Shown one piece after another: positions 55,701 to 64,000 of a DNA stretch of 64,000 bases; within the stretch, counting starts at the first letter, position 1; every line of letters starts with the position of its first letter. The stretch lies in IMG/VR virus record IMGVR_UViG_3300030060_005326. One strand, written 5' to 3'. The notes under the pieces were generated by a model. The model was not told the origin of the DNA and did not search any database. It saw nothing but the letters and a program-made list of their open reading frames with translations. Source of the stretch: an uncultured virus (IMG/VR IMGVR_UViG_3300030060_005326) (Duplodnaviria; Heunggongvirae; Uroviricota; Caudoviricetes). Both the position numbers and the translations under genes were made by a program.

Positions 55701-58700
55701 CAGTTACTTATCAAGATGGAGATGGGACTCTCGACTTCAGTGTCGCTTCCCAGACTGACAACAATTTTACAAATGCTGATCACTCTAAGTTGGACGGTAT
55801 TGAAAGTGGAGCTACCGCAGACCAATCAGCTTCTGAGATTAGAACTCTCGTAGAATCCGCTTCTGACTCCAATGTATTCACTGACGCTGACCATTCTAAG
55901 CTGAACGCGATTGAAGCTAGTGCAGATGTAACAGATACGACAAATGTTGTAGCTGCCCTAACTGCGGGAACGAATATCTCAATCTCTGCGGGTGGAACTA
56001 TTTCATCTACAGATACGAATACACAGCTTTCAGACGAGCAAGTTCAAGACATCGTAGGCGCGATGGTAGCTAGTAACTCCGAAAGTGGGATTACAGTTAC
56101 TTACCAAGATGGAGACGGGACTCTCGACTTCAGTGTTGCTTCGCAGACAGATAATAATTTTACAAATGCCGATCACTCTAAGCTAGATGGTATTGAAAGC
56201 GGAGCTACCGCAGACCAATCAGCTTCTGAGATTAGAACTCTCGTAGAATCTGCTTCTGATTCAAACGTATTTACAGACGCTGATCACTCTAAGCTAAACG
56301 CGATTGAAGCTAGTGCTGATGTAACGGATACAACAAATGTTGTAGCTGCCCTTACTGCGGGAACGAATATCTCAATCTCTGCTGGTGGAACTATATCCGC
56401 TACAGATACGAACACAACCTACTCTGCTGGATCAGGATTAGATTTATCTAGCACTACGTTTAGTCACACTGATACATCTTCACAGTCATCTGTTAACAAC
56501 AGTAATGGCTCGGTCATTCAAGATGTTACTCTTGATACTTATGGTCACGTAACTGGGTTAAGTAGCTATAACTTAGACGGGCGTTATTACACAGAGAGTG
56601 AGATCCAGACGTTTATGGATCACTCTTACATCTCTAGCGAAGGTGCGAGTGATCTTGCTGTTGGTTGGTATACCATTGCGACTAATACGGGTAATAGAGC
56701 TTCAGCTAGATTTGGTATTTGGGATACAGATAGTAGTCGCCACCAAAGTGTAACTTTTTATGCAGCACATAAATATGGAACTGCCGCAGCCGATACGATT
56801 ACTGTTATTGATGAATCCCACTACAATCTTAGTGTTTTCCGTTACATAAGAATTAAAGCGCATGGAACTTATGATGGTGCTGCCCTTCAGGTATATATCG
56901 ATGATTCCTCCAATTCTGTTAATGTAGCTATTCTTGGGGATAATTTCCAATCTGATAGTTGGGTTATACAAGATTGGGTTCCAGACGCTACCACCCCAGA
57001 CAATGTAGATAACTACGGATCTTTCACTGAAAGTTCTAGGATTGATTTAGATCAGATTGCACAAGGTGGTTTTGCAACGACTGGTCCAATCTACGCTGAC
57101 GGTGACACAACCCAATACAAAGTTCTTACTACTAATGATAATGTAAACGCAGACACCGTTGACGGACACCACGCATCTGCTTTCCAGTCTGTCCTTACTG
57201 CTGGATCTAACATATCAATTTCTGGGAGCACTATCTCCGCTACAGATACGAATACTCAGCTTTCTAACGAGCAAGTCCAAGACATCGTAGGTGGGATGGT
57301 TTCAAGTAATACTGAAAGTGGTATTACTGTTACTTATCAAGACGGAGATGGAACTCTTGACTTCAGCGTTGCTTCGCAGACAGATAACAATTTTACAGAT
57401 GCCGATCACTCTAAGTTGGATGGCATTTCCTCTGGTGCAGACGTTACACCTTCTTGGGTTCCATCTAGTGATCCTAGTTATGCAACTCAGAGCTATGTTA
57501 ATACTCAAGTCTCAAACCTAGTTGATTCAGCACCCGCTGCACTAGACACACTGAATGAGTTAGCTGCTGCGATTAATGATGATGCGAGTTTCTCTACTAC
57601 AATCACCAATAGCATTGCAGCCAAGCAAGACACTCTAAGTGGTTCAAATAGATTGAACGCTCAGTTTGTTGGAGACGGCAGCGTATCAAACACAGAGCTT
57701 GATTACCTCGACGGAGCTACTTCAAACATCCAGAACCAGCTCAACCTCAAGCTTGGTCTGTCGGGTGGAACGATGACGGGCGACATAGCGATGGGCAGTA
57801 ACGATATTACTAGCTCTGGCAATATTACTTGCACGGATCTAAAGCCCACTGGGGATATAGATTTGAACAATGGTAACTTTATTACTTTCTATGGGGACGA
57901 TTCAGATTATCACGGGATAGGCGCGATACCCCCTACTGGGGGAACTGGGACAAATGATGACATACGGATAAACAGTTACGCTAGTGTTTGCATAAACCTA
58001 GACTCCAACAGTAATAATTCTTCGGGCGCTGATTTCATTATTGGTAGGCATGGAGCAGCAACTGGTAATGCTACTAGCAGCACTTTATTTAAAGTTGATG
58101 GGGAGACCGCAGAAGTAACTCTGGGTGGTTCTCTTAACGCTGGTAGTTATGCTATAACTAATGTTGGGAATGTAGATGGCCGTGATGTCTCTGCTGACGG
58201 GACAAAGCTCGACGGAATCGAAGCAAGTGCGGATGTAACGGATACAACAAATGTTGTAGCTGCCCTTACTGCGGGAACGAATATCTCAATCTCTGCTGGT
58301 GGAACTATATCCGCTACTGATACGAACACTCAGCTTTCGGACGAGCAAGTTCAAGACATCGTAGGCGCGATGGTTGCGAGTAACTCTGAGAGTGGGATTA
58401 CAGTTACTTACCAAGATGGGGATGGGACTCTCGACTTCAGTGTCGCTTCCCAGACTGACAACAATTTTACAAATGCCGATCACTCTAAGTTGGACGGTAT
58501 TGAAAGCGGAGCTACAGCAGATCAAACAGCTAGTGAGATTCGCACACTTGTTGAATCTGCTTCTGACTCGAATGTCTTTACCGATGCTGATCACTCTAAG
58601 CTAAACGCGATTGAAGCTAGTGCTGATGTAACTGACACAACAAATGTCGTAGCTGCACTTACTGCTGGAAGTAATATTGCAATAGCTGGTGATGGAACTA

Positions 58701-60280
58701 TATCCGCTACAAATACGAACACTCAGCTTTCGAACGAGCAAGTCCAAGATATCGTGGGCAACATGGTATCGAGTAACTCTGAGAGTGGGATTACCGTTAC
58801 TTACCAAGATGGAGATGGGACTCTCGATTTCAGTGTTGCTTCGCAGACTGACAATAACTTTACCAATGCTGACCACTCTAAGTTAGATGGTATTGAAAGT
58901 GGAGCTACCGCAGATCAGTCCGCTAGTGAGATAAGAACTCTTGTTGGATCTGCGTCCGACTCAAATGTTTTCACCGATGCAGACCATTCTAAATTAGATG
59001 GGATTGAAGCAAGTGCTGATGTAACTGACACAACAAATGTCGTAGCTGCACTTACTGCTGGAAGTAATATTGCAATAGCTGGTGATGGAACTATATCCGC
59101 TACCGATACGAACACTCAGCTTTCTAGCGAGCAAGTTCAAGACATCGTAGGCGCGATGGTAGCTAGTAACTCTGAGAGTGGGATTACAGTTACTTACCAA
59201 GATGGGGATGGGACTCTCGATTTCAGTGTTGCTTCGCAGACTGACAATAACTTTACCGATTCTGACCACTCTAAGTTAGACGGCATTGAAAGCGGAGCGA
59301 CAGCAGATCAAACAGCTAGTGAGATTCTTACCGCGATCAAGACCGTTGACGGCAGTAGCTCTGGATTAGATGCAGATAAACTAGATGGGTATCATGCTTC
59401 TACATTTTATAAATCAGGGAGCAACGCTTCTTTAGCTGATGTCAGTATCACTGACGCGAACAGTAAGATTGATGTCGATGGCACTTATGGCGGGGACTAT
59501 GGATCATTTGGAATCGGGACAACAAACTTAACAAATGGTCATCACAGAATCTTCGCCAAAGCTGCTGACCATATGTATTTTGCTGCTGCCTCTAGCAAAG
59601 GATTCAGGTTTAGACCTAACGGTGGCAGTAACAGTAGTGGCGTAGAAAGTTGTATAACTAGCGGGGGTAATTTCGCAATAGGAACCACAACTACTTCAAG
59701 TAAACTTGGGGTTAACGGAGGAGTGGCTATTGGTGCTAGTTACACTGGGTCAACCGCTCCTACGAATGGAATGCTTATCCAAGGCAATGTAGGTATAGGA
59801 ACCAGTTCTGTATCAGGTTACTACGCACTACAAGTTAATGGTAACATTCAAGGAACATATAAGAGTTTTGTAATTGATCACCCGACCAAAGAGAACAAGC
59901 AGCTTGTCCATGCTTCTCTTGAGGGGCCAGAGATCGGAGTATATTTCCGAGGCAAGAGTAATGTTGACACAATCACAATGCCTGATTACTGGGATGGATT
60001 AGTGGACAAAGATAGCATGACTGTAGAACTTACTGCAATTGGTTCTAATCAGTGCTTATTCGTATCTAGTATGGAATCTGATGGAACCGTAGTTGTAGGT
60101 TCGAATACTGATGAGCCTTTGAATTATTACTACGTTGTCTACGGAGAAAGAAAAGATGTTGATAAACTTGTCATAGAGGTTGATGTTGAAGAAGATGAAG
60201 AGGAAGAGTCCATAGCAGATAGCCCTGCTGAAGTGGACACTGATTCAGTTGAATACATCGATTCTTTAGCTAATGCTTAA
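49750..60280 (+). CDS. giant repeat-built tail fibre (~3,500 aa), interrupted by assembly gap
   Basis: ORFs 49750..51720 and 51608..60280 carry the same repeats either side of N10 (51674-51683); LDTLNELAAALGDD and KLDGIE fibre motifs; C-terminal KSFVIDHP...HASLEGPE chaperone-like domain. Confidence 0.85.
51674..51683. other. scaffold gap (10 N)
   Basis: Ns inside a repeat module. Confidence 1.
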
Positions 60281-60959
60281 CACAGTATTCTTAATCCCGA
60301 TAGACCACCGAGGTATACATGGTAAGTTGTTTAAACAATACCTAGAGCTTCAATCTTGGTGCGAGAAAAACAATTCGCAGATATTTACCTGTAGTGGCCT
60401 TTTTCTTAATTTCGCTAGGAACTTCTTAGCTACAGGGGGTAGAGGAAACTACGACACAAGACCTGTAGAAGCTGAATGGCTTTTTTGGATTGATTCAGAT
60501 ATTCAATTCACCATTGAACAAATAGAATATTTGCACCGTATAGACCCCAAACATAAATTTGTGACTGGGTGGTATAAGTCTGATGGATCGGATACAGCTA
60601 TGGTAGGTAAGTGGAATGAAGATTACTTCCGTGAACATTTGCATATGCCCTTTTTATCTGGGGATTTTATGGAGAAGAAAGCAGAAGAGTCTCCATCGAA
60701 ATTAATTAAAGTAGATTGGTGTGGTTTTGGTTTCACCAAAGTCCACAGATCTATTTATGAACAGATGGAATACCCTTATTACCCGCTCAATCCTGTAGAA
60801 ATCAAAGGGTGCAAGGGCAAAAATGGGGTCAAAATTGATGTAAGAGATATGTCATTTGAGGATGTAAGTTTCTGCAATAACTGTTATGCTACGACAGGGA
60901 TCAAACCTCTTGTAGTGCCTAAGCTACGTGTCGGACATCTCAAATCTTTTTTCGTTTAA
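60273..60959 (+). CDS. glycosyltransferase-like protein (GT-A fold)
   Basis: LNFARN, LFWIDSDIQF (DxD), WCGFGF, FEDVSFC, VGHLK. Confidence 0.8.
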   Translation: MLNTVFLIPIDHRGIHGKLFKQYLELQSWCEKNNSQIFTCSGLFLNFARNFLATGGRGNYDTRPVEAEWLFWIDSDIQFTIEQIEYLHRIDPKHKFVTGWYKSDGSDTAMVGKWNEDYFREHLHMPFLSGDFMEKKAEESPSKLIKVDWCGFGFTKVHRSIYEQMEYPYYPLNPVEIKGCKGKNGVKIDVRDMSFEDVSFCNNCYATTGIKPLVVPKLRVGHLKSFFV

Positions 60960-60964
60960 AAACC

Positions 60965-60993
60965 TTGAAAAACAAAAGCATCAACTCTATTTT
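60965..60993 (+). promoter_or_regulatory. promoter TTGAAA-17-TATTTT (allele B)
   Basis: Conserved with 48-76; ATG 61002 is 8 nt downstream. Confidence 0.7.
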
Positions 60994-61001
60994 GAACTTA
61001 T

Positions 61002-61190
61002 ATGAAAACAATTGAATTCACCAACGAAGAGAGAACTGCTATTATCCAACTGCTAGATCTTGCTGTGAAGAACCCTGTTTCAGGGGGGCTAAAGGTATCA
61101 AAAGCTGCAAGTTTTCTTGCCAGTAAGTTTGCTGACCCTGCCCCTCCAGAAGAGGAGCAAGAGGATGAAGTTGAAGAAGTAGAAGTATAA
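61002..61190 (+). CDS. small acidic protein (allele B)
   Basis: Homologue of 86..283. Confidence 0.75.
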   Translation: MKTIEFTNEERTAIIQLLDLAVKNPVSGGLKVSKAASFLASKFADPAPPEEEQEDEVEEVEV

Positions 61191-62491
61191 TGCCTGTCCA
61201 GAGGAATCAACCCAGCCCTCAACGGCAAACGGTTTTAACATTCGTTTCTCCGAATGTTCAGGACTTATTGTTCTTTGAAACAGTTGATGCCCAGAGGGTT
61301 GGAAAGAATCCTCCTGCATACGGAACCGCGCATCCTGACACTGTAAACTTTCCCGACCATACTCTAGCGTATGTGAAGCAAGCTGACCCTAATGGTCAGT
61401 TTTATTATTACTACTACGCTAATACAAGGACTTCTCAGGATGATTATAACTTTGAGTATTCCCAATCTAGTCTGGGTCAGACTAAATTTAATACGGTAGT
61501 CAGGACTTACATAAGTTTACGATCTTCCTTCACAGAAGATGACAGCACTGTGACAGCGGGTTCCGCTATGCCTACAGCACCTGCTGCTGCCAACTTTACA
61601 GGCAAAGGCTATGTCTTGATGGGTCGCCAACAAAAAAGAATTGGTGACCGAGAGCTTGATGGAATCTTTGTGGTAGAGCAAAGAACTTATTTTGTTCGTG
61701 AAGATATAGAGACTTTGAAGTGGGATGACCTGTCTCACAGGAACTTAAAGAGCACTCTTAGTTACTACTATACTGGAGAAACACCTTCGGGAGCAGGAGC
61801 AACGATTGATGCTCTTGTTGTAGATTCAGATAATGCTTGGTGGCAAACTACAATAACCACGGATACAGATCCAGATCCTGATGTTAGCATAGCTGCTTAC
61901 AGGGAAGGCAGACAAATTTCTGCTGATTGGTTTGAGATTATACATAAGGAAACAATAGCTGGGGAAAAAGAGGGCAACAACATTAAGGTGACTGAGTATT
62001 TCACCACGATGGATCATACGTTTCCCCCAGTATTGGAGAGTGTAAATGTTGTTGGTTTTGAGAGGCATGATGGTCAGGTGTTAGCTTTTCCTGAGTATCA
62101 CATGAACCCCGAAGGGTATCGTGGGCCGTGCAAAACTAAAGTTACTGTCAGGTATTCTACTAATGAATTTACTTCTGCTAATGGAGGCCAACCAGAAGCT
62201 AAGGCAATGATCCCTCAATCATTTACTTTTGGAACTCCTTACGTTCGTATTTCTGTCCCCGCCTGTCTCATGAATGGTGGCTTTGTTCGTTGTTCAACAG
62301 GAACTGTAGATCCTGTATTCAAATACACTATATATGAGAAACAGTTGCCTGTAACTAATCCACCTAATTTAGATGGCATAGTAGAGCAACCTGATGGGAG
62401 TGGAGGGCTTGTTGTCCGCGACAAACAGGAACCTACTAGAGGTGGATATGTGAGGACAACTTGGACTGTGTTTGCCCCAAAGTTTGACTAA
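61190..62491 (+). CDS. putative tail/virion protein (allele B)
   Basis: Homologue of 283..1542; N-terminal half nearly identical, C-terminal half more diverged. Confidence 0.75.
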   Translation: MPVQRNQPSPQRQTVLTFVSPNVQDLLFFETVDAQRVGKNPPAYGTAHPDTVNFPDHTLAYVKQADPNGQFYYYYYANTRTSQDDYNFEYSQSSLGQTKFNTVVRTYISLRSSFTEDDSTVTAGSAMPTAPAAANFTGKGYVLMGRQQKRIGDRELDGIFVVEQRTYFVREDIETLKWDDLSHRNLKSTLSYYYTGETPSGAGATIDALVVDSDNAWWQTTITTDTDPDPDVSIAAYREGRQISADWFEIIHKETIAGEKEGNNIKVTEYFTTMDHTFPPVLESVNVVGFERHDGQVLAFPEYHMNPEGYRGPCKTKVTVRYSTNEFTSANGGQPEAKAMIPQSFTFGTPYVRISVPACLMNGGFVRCSTGTVDPVFKYTIYEKQLPVTNPPNLDGIVEQPDGSGGLVVRDKQEPTRGGYVRTTWTVFAPKFD

Positions 62492-64000
62492 TGGCTAAAG
62501 AAGGTTTCTTCCAAAAAATTAAGAACTTCCTTTCAGGAGGAAGCGAAGAAGAGATTACTGAATTCTCTGAACCTGAAGAAGCAGATGTATCTATCCAAGA
62601 TGCTGAAGATTCCGATTTCCCTACGTTTAAGTTCTCCCCTGTTGTTGAAGGTATAGCGGAAGCTACCGCTGAACTTTTTGATGCCCAAGCGGATGTTGGC
62701 CGAGAAACTCCAGATTTATTTGAGCAGTATCGCCAAGAACATGAACCATACAGGTATGAGCCTGATGGGGATCAGATTGTTTGTATAACAAAAGCACACC
62801 TCTACGAAGTCCATCCCAAAATAGAGGGGGTAAAAATGCACGCTTTAACACCGCTACAAATAAAAGCGGACGCTGAGTGTGTTATATATACAGAGTTCGA
62901 CACCGATGAGCAGGGTCATGTAGTTAAAGACCCCGACCATCCTCAAATTGATAATCCAAACTTTGATGCAGATGACCCATTTAGTGGCCCCAAACTAATT
63001 GATGATCCTGATCATGGGGTATATAGACTAAAGAAAGCTGGGGCTTTACCTGAATCAACTCATTTTGAATTACCCGACGAAAGTAATGCTAATGGAAAAG
63101 TCGGCAAATACAGGTTTCCTATCGTCTGGGTTAAGGACAGAAAGCTTTATCGTCATCAGTGGAACGAAGAAGTAAGCGGAAGAGAAGCTAGATTATATGG
63201 AAGCCTAGAAGGAATCAGAGGCCCTCTGCATTGGAATTGTGGTTACAACAAACTACTAAATTTAGGGACTGGGAAAAACATTTATAGGAAGTATGTCCGC
63301 GAAAAAGTCGTGGGAGGGGGGCAACCAAATGTTGCTAAAGACGAGAAAGAATTACGAAGTATTGATCAACGACCCCCATCACTTGGTCAGTCCGATGAAG
63401 ATGGCAACCCTATTGCTACGGATAGAGTAGACGCAGATGGTAACGCCATTGCTAATCCTCCTTTTAGTGGGGAGGCCCAAGTCAAAGTAAAGTATAACGA
63501 TGCTAACCAAGCCGATGCGACTGAGATCCATATAACTGGAAACGATTATAATAAGTATTGGAAAATAGGGGGCAAGGGAGTTGGTATTGTAGAAGACGGT
63601 CTTGTTACTTGTTTAACAGATCTTACCTGCAAAGACTTCACACCTTTAACTTTAAACACAACATCTGTTCTTACTTCTTCGGGGACTACTACAGTTTTAA
63701 GTGCTGGGTCTACAACTAGTGTGGCTCAAATGCCTGACTCGTCACAAGTAGCATCAGTGGTGTCGGGTTCTGCTGTAACAACTGTCGCAGCTCCCACTAC
63801 ATCTGGAGATACCGTTGAAGTATGGAACAGTGGGACAACTACGAATGTTTGGTCAGGAGGGACTGCTACTGCTGGAGGAGGGTTGACTGCAGTTAAAGTG
63901 AGTAAATGTGGCTCTACGGACGATTGTGTTTGGGTTTTGGGTATTGACGCTTCAGGATCGTATGAGTCTTCTGCTCCTACTTTTCCTGCTTTTATCACTG
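62491..64000 (+). CDS. putative tail spike/needle protein (allele B, truncated by window end; not in ORF track)
   Basis: MAKEGFFQKIKNFLSGG...YRQEHEPYRYEPDGD...CVWVLGIDASGSYESSAPTFPAFIT; homologue of 1545..3215. Confidence 0.8.
   Translation, partial: MAKEGFFQKIKNFLSGGSEEEITEFSEPEEADVSIQDAEDSDFPTFKFSPVVEGIAEATAELFDAQADVGRETPDLFEQYRQEHEPYRYEPDGDQIVCITKAHLYEVHPKIEGVKMHALTPLQIKADAECVIYTEFDTDEQGHVVKDPDHPQIDNPNFDADDPFSGPKLIDDPDHGVYRLKKAGALPESTHFELPDESNANGKVGKYRFPIVWVKDRKLYRHQWNEEVSGREARLYGSLEGIRGPLHWNCGYNKLLNLGTGKNIYRKYVREKVVGGGQPNVAKDEKELRSIDQRPPSLGQSDEDGNPIATDRVDADGNAIANPPFSGEAQVKVKYNDANQADATEIHITGNDYNKYWKIGGKGVGIVEDGLVTCLTDLTCKDFTPLTLNTTSVLTSSGTTTVLSAGSTTSVAQMPDSSQVASVVSGSAVTTVAAPTTSGDTVEVWNSGTTTNVWSGGTATAGGGLTAVKVSKCGSTDDCVWVLGIDASGSYESSAPTFPAFIT

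Noticed and set aside
50611..59269. Many recurring antisense and alternate-frame ORFs within the fibre gene
   Set aside because: Shadows of the repeated coding sequence; no independent start signals
86..64000. Alternative genetic code
   Set aside because: Standard code gives long, tightly packed ORFs using all three stop codons

Overview
The window is essentially one complete, circularly permuted dsDNA tailed-phage genome of about 60.9-61.1 kb, plus about 3 kb of a second, diverged allele of its tail module. Bases 1-55 are identical to 60918-60972. The two copies then diverge and re-converge at 2834-2902 = 63921-63989. Four transcription blocks are visible: (i) small early genes and an SF2 helicase on the minus strand (39056->30586); (ii) head and tail genes on the plus strand (portal, scaffold, major capsid, a ~3,500-aa repeat-built fibre broken by an N gap, two glycosyltransferase-like genes, tail proteins and a lysis cassette; 39750->wrap->6275); (iii) a minus-strand replication block (HTH protein, RuvC-like resolvase, Cas4-like exonuclease, SSB-like protein, family A DNA polymerase, primase-helicase; 14068->6250); (iv) terminase large subunit followed by three probable ejection proteins, including a 4,066-aa polyvalent protein (14098->30036). 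I recognised no integrase, RNA polymerase, tRNA, CRISPR array or reverse transcriptase. Most of the unexplained signal is non-coding: a tandem, covarying RNA-like motif in the ~200-nt capsid leader; a non-coding hub with heptamer arrays, a parS-like palindrome and an IHF-like dyad; a duplicated 34-bp promoter/operator beside a nuclease-less NUMOD4-like gene; many apparently leaderless sigma70-type promoters; and a shared non-SD leader on early genes. All product calls come from motif recognition by eye; no searches were run.
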